Assembly: GCA_963754925.1 (NCBI GenBank)
Contig: CAVWHX010000009.1
Location: forward strand, 32,001 to 96,000
DNA: 64,000 nt
Direction: 5' to 3'
Source of the DNA: an uncultured delta proteobacterium
GTDB lineage: Bacteria > Myxococcota > B64-G9
Of the stretch, positions 10,514 through 23,554 are shown one piece after another. Made by a program: the position numbers and the translations under genes. The notes beneath the pieces are model-generated. The model was not told the origin of the DNA and did no database searches. It saw nothing but the letters and a program-made list of their open reading frames with translations. How positions within the stretch are numbered: the first letter of the stretch is position 1; every line of letters begins with the position of its first letter.

Positions 10514-13500
10514 ATGAAGATTCAAAACACTCATTACGTTCAGGTTTCCAAGCGTTCTCAATACGTCTATAAACCCTCCCGCGTATTGGCCGCCATCTTG
10601 GTTTTCCTGATGGGTTCCCAAACCGCCCTGGCCGGCAACATTCTGCGTAAGGCAGGCGCATACCAAAACGGTTCGCCCGATCCGACCGCGGCAGCCCAAG
10701 CGGCGATTCAAGCGACCGCGCAAGCTCAAACTGCCGCCCAAAGCGGCCGCGGACCAAGCCGCAAGCCCGCTTCGGCGCGCGCTCGATTCGATCAAACAAT
10801 TTCAAGCCGCTCAGGACGCGGCCCGGCAGGCCGCCCAGGCACAGCCGACGAACGTACCCAATGGGCTTACCCCGGGCGGCTTGGAAGTAGGCCAGGGTAT
10901 AACGTTCGATCCAACAACTAATACAACGAACAGTCCGGATTGGCAGGGAGCCAATGGCCCAACCTGGACGACGAACGGGCAACTTACCCAAGTAACCATC
11001 GAACAGCAGCAACAAAAAGCCATCCTCACCTGGAAGACGTTCAACATAGGACCTTCGACTGATCTCTACTTCGACCAGAAAACCAACGGCGGGGCCCTTG
11101 CAAACCAGTGGATCGCTCTTAACAGGGTGCTCGATCCATCCGCGAAACCGAGTCAAATATTGGGCAGTGTCCGCACGGACGGACAAGTATACCTCATCAA
11201 CCGCAACGGCATTATCTTCGGCGGCGCTTCCCAGGTAAACGTCGGCACCCTGCTGGCGTCAACCCTGGACTTCACGGGAGCAGACCTTACGGCTCGCAAT
11301 GCGTCGTTCCAAAACGGAGTACTGTCGAATCCGAATACCATTGTCTTTACCCAGGAACCGGTGCCGAACACACCCTCCATTACGGTGGAGTCCGGCGCGA
11401 AAATTGAGATCGCCCAAAACGGCCAAGCGATTCTGTGCGCTGGTAACGTCACCAATGCGGGTACTATCGAGGCGCCGTACGGTCAGGTGATTTTGGCCGC
11501 GGGTGACTCAGCAAAAATCCCAACAGCACCAGACCAGAGAGGTTACGGCCAATGGGTAATGACCGGAGAAGGCGTGGTCGAAAACGACGGGATCATCTCT
11601 ACCCCGCTCGGAAAAATTAATATTGCGGCGCGCCAGACCCTTCAGAACGGCCTGCTCACCGCCACGACAGGAGCGGACGCCAGCGGATGGATTTATATCG
11701 GAATGGACACGGACAACAACACCTCTCTTTCCACTCCCTCCGTGACCTTCGGTCCCGGCAGCGTCACGCAAATTCTACCCGATGACAGCGGCAAGCAAAT
11801 AATCGGAACGGCAACCTTAACTCCTTCCACAATAGATGTGCATGGCCAAAACATCACTTTGTTGGGCGGATCGACTATATATGCCCCGTCGGGCAACGTT
11901 AACATTGGTTTCAAATACGCTCCGACTGCCACGGATAATGATGAAAACACCCGCATTTTCTTGGACTCTGGCGCGCGCATCGACGTATCGGGCCTTCAAG
12001 ATGTCGAGGTACCCATGGAGCAAAATCAGCTTACGGGATATCTAAGGGCCGATGAGCTCAAAGACAACCCGGTGCTTCAAAACAGCCCATTAAGAGACCA
12101 AGAGGTGTACTTTGACGCCCGTCTGGGGGTTACGCAGGTCGCGGACCTGACGGGCTACTACAATCTCATTGAACGAGACGTCAAACAGCTCATGACCCAG
12201 GGCGGTACGGTGCATTTGTACGCAGACCAGATCATCACCAAAGCCGGCTCTACCATCGATTTATCCGGAGGCAGTTTGCAATATCTGGACGGATACATCA
12301 GAGACACCTATCTGATCGATCCCACCGGCCAACTGGTGTCCATCGAGCAGGCCCAGGCGGGCGTCGCATATACCGGCATCGCCGGGGATTTCGAGGTCAA
12401 TCATTCCCGCTGGGGAGTTACGAATTCGTATTCGTCGGGTCTATCTCCTTCGAGTCCGCGTTTTGAGAAAGGTTATATTGAAGGCGCCTCGGCCGGCACG
12501 CTGATAATCGGAATAGAAATTGATGGAAGCACCGGTGCAGGTTACAAAAACGGCAACGCAGATTATACTCAAATCGACCCACACCCAACCGACTCCTATC
12601 GGATTTTTGACGGCAGCATAGTCGCGAATACCGTAAAAGGCCCCTACCAGCAGGAAGTTGTGAGCGGCAGCAACTATTCGACCGATCCCACCCAAATCTG
12701 GAAAGAGCAACCCCAAGGTGCGACCCTGCAAATCTATCGAGCAGGCGATATCACTATTGCAAACAATGGCCCCCAGCTCGGCAATGACTTCCAATGGGAT
12801 ACTCCGATGGATGGGCAGTATCAAGACCTCGAGTACAATAATTTACTGCCTTTGAACTGGTTTGACGGCAAGACCTTCACCAACGTGACCATTGTAAGTG
12901 GTTATACCGATGATCGAATTACAGGAGCAACCGGTTTAGGGGGGGCGGGTACGAATAATTCAGCCAAGGGTGGAAATCTAACCATCGCCAATGGCGTCGT
13001 GGTAAATTTGGGTGACGGGGGGTCGTTCAGCTTTAAGGGTAAATCGGCCGATATCGACGGCACGCTGCTTGCTCCAGGCGGAACGGTTGCAATCACAACT
13101 TTGGATAATTCGTGTACGAACAATGGTATCTCTTGTTGGACAACCAAAGATCCACTCACCACCGTGATAGGTACTACCGGGGTAATAGATGTGGCCGGAC
13201 GCTTTAGTAATGATGTTGCAACCGGTCAAGCTACGCCCTATCGCGCGCTTGACGGAGGCAGCGTATCGCTTACCGCCTACAATCTCATCCTGGAGCCAGG
13301 TTCGCTTATCGATGCGTCCGGAGGCGCGATACTGGATGCCAGCGGCCAAAAAGCAACTTACGGTAACGGTGGTTCGATTGAATTAAACGTAAGCGCAGCT
13401 CCTACGATTTCTCAAAATGTTGGGATAAACGATGGAAACCTAATCATGGAAGGAAGCCTGAGAGCGTATGCGCTGGGCACAGGCGGAAATCTCACCCTGA

Positions 13501-16500
13501 CCACCCCTTACCCTATCTCCGTGGTCAGTCAATTGCCGGTTGAGTCGGATCAAACCTCTTCCCTGACCCCGGATCATACCTTTTACCTGACCCCAACGTT
13601 TTTCACCCAGGGTGGTTTTTCAGGGTACTCTATTACAGGCGAGCGCGGGCTAACCCTGAATTCAGGAACGAATATTGCACCGGTAGAAGAAAAACTGTTG
13701 CCTTCCCAAAACATGTCCTCGATTACAACCGGAGCGCGCTTGGACGATATTTTAGAAAAACAGGTGCTTCCGGAAGAGCTGCGGACTCCTATGAGCTTGA
13801 GCTTTTCGACCGTTCCAGTAAACACTTTGCCCTTATCTACAAATCGAGACTATACGAATACGATGAATTTGATAGTCGGAACCGACGCCGATATCTCCAT
13901 GATCCCGGGGTCCACAGTAAGTCTCACTTCTGCTAACAAGTTGTCTGTTGATGGGACTATCCAAGCAGACGGTGGTCTGATCGATCTTGAGACGAAATCT
14001 ATCAATACTACGCTTTATAATATTAATATTAGTAGTTTGGGTATCACTCCCCAGATCCAGATCGGGCCCAACGCTAAGCTGCTTGCCGGAGGATACCAGA
14101 AGCTCACTCCTACCACGGGAAATCTCTATCAGCGCAGCGTGGAACTCGGGGGTGAAATCGATATTATTTCTGGCGCCCCTACTTACGGTGATAGTACCGA
14201 TGATGTGCTGTTAGATCCAGGATCGATCATCGATGTATCAGGCATTCAAGGTGTGGCCGATCTGCGCTCCGCGCCGGACAATTCGCTGAAAAAAGGCGTC
14301 TCTTCCCTACAAGCGATATCGGTGGACGGCGACGCCGGATCGGTATCCATCAGCTCGAATATAGGCGGTTTTTTGGCAAGCACGCTTAAGCTGGCGCCTG
14401 GCGGCGAGAGAGGCCGGGGAGGATCCCTGGATATAACAACCGGCGCCATGGTGGTTCGGCAAGAAATACCGGATAATTTCAATCCATCCCAGGATACAAG
14501 CATATTTACGGTTAGCGCGGACCGCATCAATGCTTCCGGGGCCGATAATGTTCTGCTGAGCACCGCAACGAACCCAACATTGGGCGCGACAGCCGTCCCT
14601 CTATTGTTTGATGGGGACGTCACCCTACAAAGCCGCGAGTCGCTGGTACTGCGCACGGGGATTCTCGGCACCGTACCCGGTCAGAATGCTCAAGGAACAT
14701 CAGGCAATACGGGGTCCAATGTCGTGCTCGAATCAAACTACGTACGCCTCGAGGGTGTAGCCGCTTCCTCTTACACAACAACACCAACCATTTTGTACGA
14801 CAATCTTTACAGCACATTGACGGTGAATGCCGATCTTATCGATCTGGCAAAAACCATCTGGTTGGCATGCCCCGGTGTAGCAGCGTGTCCTAATGGTCCT
14901 TTTGGAGGCTTCGGAACGACCCTACTCACATCTAAGGGCGACATTCGCCTATCAGACCACGGCACCCTGAGTGATCCTTCGATCGGCCCAGGGCTGTTCA
15001 CGCCCGGATCGTTGGAGCTCGACTCCGCTCAAGTGTATGTAACCTCCCGTTTACAGCAAGGCCAAGGCAATGGGAACGCTTTAGAGCGCGCGCCGGACGA
15101 TCCAGGATATTTGTTGCTTTCAGCTGGCTCGCCGAATGATACGATCACTATTAACTCAAACGGAAACCCGGCCCCTTTGCCGCTTTCTTTCGGCGAGCGG
15201 CTTACGATAAGTGCTCCGACCATAATACAGAACGGCGTGCTACGGGCGCCACAAGGCCAAATCCAACTCGAAGGTTCGGGGTCTTCGGGGTCCGTCGTGC
15301 TAATGCACGGCAGTCTGACCTCCACTTCGTTGGAGGGGCAAACGGTTCCCTTCGGCCCGGTCGAGGAAGGCGGCGTGTTCCCGGGTTACGACCAGCCCGG
15401 CGAGGTGCCCACCAAGTCAGTGACGATCAATGCGCCGACTGTGCATGTGCAACAAGGCGCAACCGTGGATGTCTCCGGAGGCGGCGATCTGCTCGGCTGG
15501 ACCTTCGTGGCCGGAAACGGCGGTTCGAAGGATATCCTGAGCAATACAGGCGCCTTTGCGATATTGCCGAGCCTGGGCAATGGGCCTGCTCCTATTGGCG
15601 GCAATACAGAGCTGCAATCATCCGGCTGGCAGGTGGGCGAGGTAGTCTGGTTACAGAACGTGAAGGGCCTAGCTGACGGTTATTACACGCTTTTGCCCGC
15701 TCACTACGCGCTGTTGCCCGGCGGAATGCTCGTCCAACCTCTCAACGGGTCTTACGCGACCGCGCCTGCGAGTGTCACCAACCCTGACGGATCGATCATC
15801 GCCGGCGGGTTCTTGGCTGCGGACTCGAGCGTCAACCACAACGTCGGCTATTCCCTCTTTCAAATCATGGACGGCCAAACATTCGGCAAGTATAGCGATC
15901 TTGTCACGTACTCGTTCAACAATTCGGCTACAACTCTGGCCGCCGCCGCCGGACTGCAGGTTCGTACTCCCAACGACGCCGGCACGCTGGCCATTACAAC
16001 CACCAACAGCCTGAGCCTCAATGGCACGGGAAAATTCGACGCGCCGGCGGGCGGCTTGCTGGGCGACCTGGACATCTCGGCGCCAAAGATTGCGGTGATC
16101 GGCGACGGCGTGACCAACCCCGCTGACCAGAGTTATGTGGTGCTGGAAACCGATCAGCTTGATAACTTCGGATCCGGAAGCGTCCTTTTAGGAGGCGTTC
16201 GATCTGCTGCTACCAGCAGTACTGGAACCAATATCAAGGTGGGCGCAAGCGACATAGTAGTGGACACGGGCGCAGGCTCCGTCTGGACCGCGCCGGAGAT
16301 TATACTTGCCGCTAATAACTCGATAACGGTTTCCGACGGCGCAAAAATCCAAGCCGCCGGGGCCGTATCCTTGGACACTAATCCTTTGCTGCTCGACGGC
16401 AATGGGGCGCTTTTGCGCCTGTCCACGGGCCAACGGGTGGGGATCGTGCGAACAAATCCCGACGGATCCGTCGGTACGCTAACGATAAACGATGCAAGCT

Positions 16501-19500
16501 TATCTGCCGCGGGCTCGCTGAACTTAGACGGCAGCAACAGCATCAATCTTTCTCAACATTCCAGTTTGTCCGCTCCTCAGGTCGATCTCTCCTCGGTGCA
16601 AGTCAATCTCGGGGATGCTCCCGCCGGAACGCCGGGCGCCACGCTTGGCGCCCAAATCCTGGGTATGTTGTCGTCATCGGAAGACTTGCTGATTCGCGCA
16701 TCCAACTCCATCAACATCTTCGGCAATTTCACACTGGGCGGCCGGGATGCCTCCGGCAACGCCACCTTGCAAAAACTCACCCTGGATACCGGTTTGCTTC
16801 AGGGAGACGCCGGCGCCGATGCAACCATAGTCGCTTCCAATCTTACGCTTCAAAACAGCGGGCCCCCCGCTCAAACCACAACCATTTCGGGCTCCGGCAG
16901 TCTTACCTTGGATCTGGGGGGTACAACACTTAATCCGGGTACACTCTATCTTGGACCCGGCCAGGTTCAGATAAACGGCTTCAAGACGCTTATCGCAAGC
17001 GCAAACACCGTCATGATTGCAGGCGCCGGCGCGCTCGATATCACGGGTGGCGGGCTTACGCTTGCCACGGATTTGATCCATTCCGTCTCGGGCGTGGGTT
17101 ACGATCTTGGAATCGACGGCAGCGCCGACATTCATACGTATTTAGGGGATCACCCGGATTCAACAAATAGCGGGCTGGGCAGCCGACTGACCATAACCGC
17201 CTCGGATCTTTCAATCGATACCTCGATTGTTTTGCCGGCAGGCAGTTTCGAGGCCACGGCCCAAACGGGCGGGCTGAGCTTGGGCTCGCATGCGAACGTG
17301 GATGTGAGCGGCCAGGCGCTGGATTTCAATGGACAGCTTCAATTCGCGCCGGGAGGGATTGTTCAGTTGCAGTCTTCGGGCGACTTCGTCATGGATCCTA
17401 TGGCCCGCATCAACCTATCCGGCGCTGCTCTTGGAGGAGATGCGGGGAGCATCGAGATCACGGCAGTCGGCAACGCATCCATCCAAGGTGAACTGCTCGG
17501 TATGGCAACCTCTGGTTTCTTAGGCGGATCTTTTACGCTCGATACGGCCGAGCTCGGACTCGCGCAATCTCCACAAACTTTTTCTCAACTCAACGCCCAG
17601 TTGGAAAGCGGGGGCTTTACCAACGTACGAGATATCAGATTGCGGATCCAGGATATCACGCTCGGGGCCGGCGAGACTATCACAGCGCACCAGGTGACGT
17701 TGCAGTCCGACTCCGGGAACATCGACATAGCAGGCACAATCGACGCCTCGGGAAAAGAAGAACTCAAAGATGGTGGGACAATCCAGCTCATAGCCGGAAA
17801 CAGCGTGACCATAGAAAACGGCGCTACGCTGAAAGCGCCAGCGGCCCAAACCAGTGATGGGGATTTTGATCCTGAAAGCGGCAAACTCATACTAGCGGCC
17901 GACAGCGGAAGTGTTAACGTCGCAACCGGCGCAACGATCGATCTTTCCGGCGGCAGGCAGGGAGGCGGCCAGGTGGTCATAAGGGCCCCGCGTAGTGGCA
18001 ACAACGATATAGCCATCACTAGTCTCGGAGCTACTTTTACCGGAGTTCGCGAGATTTTGGTGCAGGGCACAGAAGACTACAACACCAGTACCGTGGATAA
18101 TACAAATAACTTTATCGACAATCTACTGAGTGATGGGTCAACTTGGCTGGCAAACATCTCCAATGCTATACCGCTCAGATTTCAAACGTTGCCCAATTTG
18201 TCTTTCGGCGCCGGCGCCATTATTAAAAGCGACGGTGACCTCACGATTGCGGATACTATTTCGTTAAACGGCTCGTGGGGCCCCGGATATTTGGGCTTTT
18301 TTGCTAAGGGCAATATCAATGTAAACGCCTCAATAAGCGATGGGTTTACTAGCGCCGATCCTAATGCGGCGCTTCTTTCCAACCGTTCGGTCAGCCTGGC
18401 CTTCGAAAGCGAAGGCAATCTCAACGATCCTAAATATATTGGAATGACACTAGCACCCAATACCTTGATCCGCACCGGTACCGGCGACATTAGGATAAAT
18501 GTGGGTCGCGACTTGGTGCTTGAAGATCCTACCTCGGTAATTTATGTCGCGGGTGTCCACACCGATCCCGCTAATGGTTTTAATGGCGCGCCATCAGGTA
18601 TGCCCCTCGGAGAATTTCCGACCCAGGGGGGCGATATCGACATCCACGTCGGGCGGGATATTTCGCTTCCTTTCCCCACTCAGACCACTTCCGCGTGGTT
18701 ATTCAGATACGGCGATACCAACTGGAACGGCGATACCACTTCCTCGACCGTAGCAGAACAGACCAGTTGGTCGATAATGTTCAATAACTTCGAGCAAGGC
18801 ATCGGCTCGTTCGGAGGCGGAAACGTAACTATAGACGCGGGCCGCGACATTTCGAACTTACAGGTGTCGATTCCCACCACCGGGTACCTTAAAACCGCCG
18901 TGGACTCTATCCCTAATGAAAATGACTTGATGGAACAAGGCGGCGGAGACCTCAACGTTTTTGCGGGCAATGACATCCTGGGCGGGCTTTTTATGCTGGG
19001 ACGCGGACAGGCAAACCTGCGCGCCGGAGGAAGTTTTATGCCAAGCTCAACAAGTATCGGGCTGAGAGCAAGCTACTCATCCAGTACCATATCCACCTAC
19101 GGAGAAATAGGCGCACTGTTCGGGTTGATGGATGCAACGGTCGACCTCACCGCCGGCTCCGATATAACCATAGAAGGCGTTTACGATCCCATGAGCCAGG
19201 GTCAGATTAGTGAAAACCTAATAAGTGGCGTGACCGGATCGGCCTTCCTGGGTCACAGTGAACGGTCGTCATTCGGGGCCACATCGATTGGAGGTTCGGT
19301 CACCTACGAAAACGATCCCTGGGCCTCTGTTGACCTGACTCAAGCCCCGGGCGTCAATGCAGCATACGTGGTGAAGATGGATGGACCCGGCGATCCGTAT
19401 CTCAATATACTGTTTTCCCGCATGACCCCGTCGTTTCGGTTGACGTCGCTTGAGTCGAGCATAAGCGTGGAAGACCGTTTCAACGCCTTATCCTCCTTAT

Positions 19501-21227
19501 CATTAGAATCATCTCCCACCGGCGCACTCGATCTCATGGCAAAAGAAGACGTATTCCTGGCGTTGACCGGCATCACCATGATTGACTTGGCGCCGGAATA
19601 TCAAAGAAGTAATTTGTTTGCATTCGCCACTAACAACGTCACACCTATCAACCAAACGGTGCAAGGTGACATAATTCCCGCAATTACTGAGCCGTCATTG
19701 TCCAACCGCATCGATCCTCTCAGTCGGCCCAGCTTGGAACCGGCCCGCATTTATGCCCTAGATGGTTCTGTGTGCGCATACCGTTCAGGTCAATGCATTC
19801 CAGGTCTAGGGCAGGCGGGCTTGCCGACACACATCACTTTGCCGATGTCGATCGATATTTATGCCGGCCTGGATGTCAGGTCCGGCTGGTACACGGTGCA
19901 AAACAACCACCCGATCGATTATTCATCCATCCAGGCGGGCCGGGATATTTACGAAACCTATTTCTATGTGGGTGGCGTGGGTGATGCCGTGATGCAAGCC
20001 GGTAGAGACATCATCCTGTATGACGAAAGTACTTTGCTAGTACATCCTGAGATCAAAGCCACGGGAGACCTAAATTACCAGCAACAACCTTTTAATAATG
20101 CCCTTTCGCCTTCCCAGGCGGCGGACATCACCTTGATAGCCGGGATGCAAGCGGGCGCAGATTACAAGGCTTTTGAAAACGCCTACCTCGATCCGGATAA
20201 CAAGCAGGGGGTGGCGCACATCTACCTGCCGGAGCTTAATGACTATATGCAAAAGCTCGGCTACGGGCCCATGTCGGGTACAGAGCTTTTAGCCGCCTTC
20301 AACCAACTGCCCTTGGTGAGGCAAGAAATCTTTTTAGATAGCGTGTACATGACGGAGCTCAAACAATGCGGCATAGACTACAACAACCCCCAAAGCCAAG
20401 ACTACCAGAGCTATGACCGAGGTTTCAAGGCGGTATCTTTACTATTCCCCACGAACCCGGCCGCTCTGAAACCGGGTCAAGGGGGTAACATTATTTTGAA
20501 CGCACAGCCGGTTCAGGCCTTCTCAGAAGGCGATATCACCATGCTTGCGCCCTACGGAAGGATCCAAGTCGGATCGGAAACGGAGAACGGCTCGTCCAAC
20601 TCAGGAGGAGTGGTGACCGACCGGGGCGGCAATGTCAGCATGATGGCGGACCAAAACATCGATCTTTTCACTTCAAGGGTCTTTACTCTCGAGGGCGGCG
20701 ATCTCACCATGTGGACCAGCGACGGCAGCATCACCGCCGGTTCCGGCGCGAGCACTACCGTTTTGTACAAGCCGCTGCAGTTTTTTACAGACAATGACGC
20801 CGTGGTAACCGTTAATGCTTTTGGGCTTTCAACCGGCGCTGGCATAGGAGTGCTGGATGCCCTGGAGGGGTATGATCCGAACCGGCAAAAAAGCCTGCTG
20901 GATCTCATCGCGCCGCGCGGGGAAGTAAACGCCGGGGACGCGGGCATACGGGTTGTCGGCGACATCAACATCGCCGCCCGAACGGTCGTAGGCGTGGAAA
21001 ACATACAGGTCTCCGGCTCATCGGCCGGGATACCCAAAGTCCAAGCGCCGAACATCGGGACGCTGACCAGCGCCTCCCAGGCGACGCAGGCGGCTTCGAA
21101 GGAAGCCATAACCTCCTCGCAATCTGATCAGTCTACTCAGAGCCGGATCGAGCAGCTGCCTTCCATCATCACCGTGGAAGTGGTGGGTTACGAAGCCACC
21201 GACGAAAAAGACAAGAAGAAGAAATAG
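10514..21227 (+). CDS. Giant filamentous-haemagglutinin-family TpsA (~3570 aa) with C-terminal DUF3739-like domain; extra A at ~10742
   Basis: Signal peptide and Ala/Gln-rich segment. TPS domain 'AILTWKTFNIG..LNRV.D...PSQILG...GQVYLINRNGIIFG'. Beta-helix repeats. C-terminus 'SRVFTLEGGDLTMWTSDGSITAG..GAGIG..DLIAPRGEVNAGDAGIR'. Confidence 0.9.
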
Positions 21228-21253
21228 ATGGGGAAACGGTTAGAGGAGGAACT

Positions 21254-21793
21254 ATGAGAATTCCATACGTCGTACTCTCCATGGTATTAATTTTGTTGGC
21301 GTGCTCTGCCGCTTCGCATGCCACGACGGTGAAACGCCTCTCAGAAGAAGACCTTATCAATGAAGCCGATCGAATCGTAAAAGTTGTTCTCAAAGAGCCG
21401 GGTAAAAGCGCATGGGATTCGGGACACCAGCGCATTTACACGACATACTCGTTTGAAGTGCGGGAAGATCTTGCCGGGACAGGCGAGAAATATCTCGATT
21501 TGCTTCAACCGGGTGGGGAAGTTGATGGAATCGGCCAGCGAGCCGAGGGGGTTCCAACTTTCAATCTCGGTGATCACGTAGTATTATTCTTACGCAAGAC
21601 CGATGTTGGTTATCAAGTTATCGGTCTTACTCAAGGAGTGTTCGAATCGCGCAACGATGGCGGCGTCGAGAAATTCATTCAGCGTCTTGAGGGACTCCAT
21701 CTGATGGGGGGTAACCAAACACCTCTTCAGATCGACCGCGTCCATCTGGAACAGCAAATCAAAACCGTTTGGACAAAGAAGAAATTACGATGA
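21254..21793 (+). CDS. Secreted hypothetical protein, partner of the downstream matrixin
   Basis: RBS GAGGAGG, signal peptide, 'PGGEVDGIGQ..EG.PTF..G..VVLFL'. Confidence 0.7.
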   Translation: MRIPYVVLSMVLILLACSAASHATTVKRLSEEDLINEADRIVKVVLKEPGKSAWDSGHQRIYTTYSFEVREDLAGTGEKYLDLLQPGGEVDGIGQRAEGVPTFNLGDHVVLFLRKTDVGYQVIGLTQGVFESRNDGGVEKFIQRLEGLHLMGGNQTPLQIDRVHLEQQIKTVWTKKKLR

Positions 21794-22668
21794 ACAAGCT
21801 CACCATGCTTAAGTACAAGACCATCAGTTGGGGATTACCGTTGTTGGTCGTTCTGGCGCTGCCATCGAACGCCTTTGCCTTCAATCGCACCCAAAATGCC
21901 AGCGGAACTATTTGTAATTATTGGACAAGTCGCAGTATATCGTATTGGGTCAACCAGAACTGCAGTCAAGATGTCAGTACGGCGGATTGCTATGCGGCGG
22001 TACAGAATTCAATAAATGCATGGAACGGACATCCTTGCTCGGATTTAGTCTTAACGTTCGATGGCCCAACCTCACGGACCGCTATCGGTCTTGACTGTTT
22101 TAATTTGATTGTTTGGCGGGAATCTAAAGATTCAAACAGTCCCGATGGTTGGAAATACGATAGTAGCATCATCGCGCTTACCACGGTCAGTTACAATACC
22201 GATACGGGCGAGATCTTTGACGCCGATGTTGAGCTGAATGGAGCCGATTATCAATTCTCCACCTCCACACCCTGCGTCGAAGACCCCTCGGGCACAACCA
22301 TGGACATTCAAAATACATTGACTCACGAACTGGGCCATAGCATCGGATTGGCTCACACATCCATATCCTGTGTTCCTGGCAATGAAGCCGTGATGTGTCC
22401 AACCGCGAATCCTTGTGAAATCATAAAACGTACGTTGAGCGCTGATGATATCGCCGGATTATGCGACATTTATCCCGCCGGCGAGAAGACGCCTCTTTGT
22501 AGCGGTCAGTATGAGATTACTACTGCTGCTTCTTGTCCTCATAGTGGCGGTGGCGGTTGTGTAGTAGCTAAAGATAATAATAGCGAAATATCGGGGTTGG
22601 CTTTCCTTGCCCTGCTAGTATTTCTTTCTCGCACCTATTTCCGCAGCGTGAGCCGTGGCAAAGATTAA
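21790..22668 (+). CDS. Matrixin-family (M10) zinc metalloprotease with MYXO-CTERM-like anchor
   Basis: HELGHSIGLAH zinc motif, Met-turn AVMCP, 'DADVELN', tail GGGGC + hydrophobic helix + basic residues. Confidence 0.85.
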   Translation: MNKLTMLKYKTISWGLPLLVVLALPSNAFAFNRTQNASGTICNYWTSRSISYWVNQNCSQDVSTADCYAAVQNSINAWNGHPCSDLVLTFDGPTSRTAIGLDCFNLIVWRESKDSNSPDGWKYDSSIIALTTVSYNTDTGEIFDADVELNGADYQFSTSTPCVEDPSGTTMDIQNTLTHELGHSIGLAHTSISCVPGNEAVMCPTANPCEIIKRTLSADDIAGLCDIYPAGEKTPLCSGQYEITTAASCPHSGGGGCVVAKDNNSEISGLAFLALLVFLSRTYFRSVSRGKD

Positions 22669-22754
22669 ATTATTCGAGGTCTCGTCGTCTTCATGATTAG
22701 TTCGATGCTTGAAGCGGTGAGAAATACAGGCTAGCTCAATAAAGGAATAGCGAG

Positions 22755-22809
22755 TTTGCAACAACGTTGCAAGGGCGTAACTGTTTCGTCACAGAAAAGG
22801 CGCTAGGCA
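22755..22809 (+). promoter_or_regulatory. Pho-box promoter of the orphan phoB paralog
   Basis: TTTGCA(22755), GTTGCA(22766), GTAACT(22777), GTCACA(22788) at 11-bp spacing; TAGGCA at 22804. Confidence 0.6.
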
Positions 22810-22849
22810 TTGGTGACTTCCAGTTGGCTAGGTATCGCTGAGGAAAAAG

Positions 22850-23554
22850 ATGGCCAAAACGATTTTTGTCGTGGACGATGAGATAGATTTGGTGAAGATC
22901 TTGGAGTACTCTCTTCGGAAAGATGGGTTTGATGTCCATTCATTCCTCACTGGCCAGGCCTCCCTCGAGCAATTATCCCGGGATCCATTACCCGACTTGG
23001 TGCTGCTCGACCTCATGCTGCCGGACATTAGTGGTACTGAGATATGTCGGCAGATCCGTACTATCCCGCGAACCCGGCATTTACCGGTGATCATGCTCAC
23101 CGCGAAGGGTGAGGAGATCGACCGCGTCGTTGGCTTGGAGCTGGGAGCCGATGACTATGTTGTGAAGCCCTTCAATGTTCGCGAGCTGCTTCTGCGAATG
23201 CGGGCTGTGCTGCGGCGGGTACAGAGGGAGTCTGTTGATGAGCTTCCTTTGGTATTTGATGATCTGCGCATTGATCAACCCGGCCATCGCGTGTGGGTGA
23301 GCGGCAACGAAGTTATCCTGACCCCTATGGAGTTTAAGCTTCTAACCACCTTGCTTGCTCGCTCAGGGCGAGTACAAACACGCGACAAGCTGCTTTCAGA
23401 TGTATGGAACAGCAATGCAGACATAAACGCCCGCACCGTCGATACGCATGTTAAAAGACTGCGACAGAAACTCGGACTGGTTGGAGAGTACATCGAGACC
23501 ATCCGCGGGGTGGGCTACCGTTTTCGAAACCGGCCCGACGAAGGTGCGATGTGA
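22850..23554 (+). CDS. phoB: OmpR/PhoB-family response regulator (PhoB paralog)
   Basis: REC domain (VVDDE, LLDLMLP, TAKGEEIDRVVGLELGADDYVVKPF) and winged helix RTVDTHVKRLR. Confidence 0.85.
   Translation: MAKTIFVVDDEIDLVKILEYSLRKDGFDVHSFLTGQASLEQLSRDPLPDLVLLDLMLPDISGTEICRQIRTIPRTRHLPVIMLTAKGEEIDRVVGLELGADDYVVKPFNVRELLLRMRAVLRRVQRESVDELPLVFDDLRIDQPGHRVWVSGNEVILTPMEFKLLTTLLARSGRVQTRDKLLSDVWNSNADINARTVDTHVKRLRQKLGLVGEYIETIRGVGYRFRNRPDEGAM

Noticed and set aside
5950..10750. Programmed ribosomal frameshifting
   Set aside because: Too many shifts in both directions, and no consistent slippery site or downstream structure.
10881..21227. CdiA-type contact-dependent toxin
   Set aside because: No VENN/pre-toxin motif; the C-terminus is the conserved DUF3739-like region, and the next gene is secreted rather than a cytoplasmic immunity protein.
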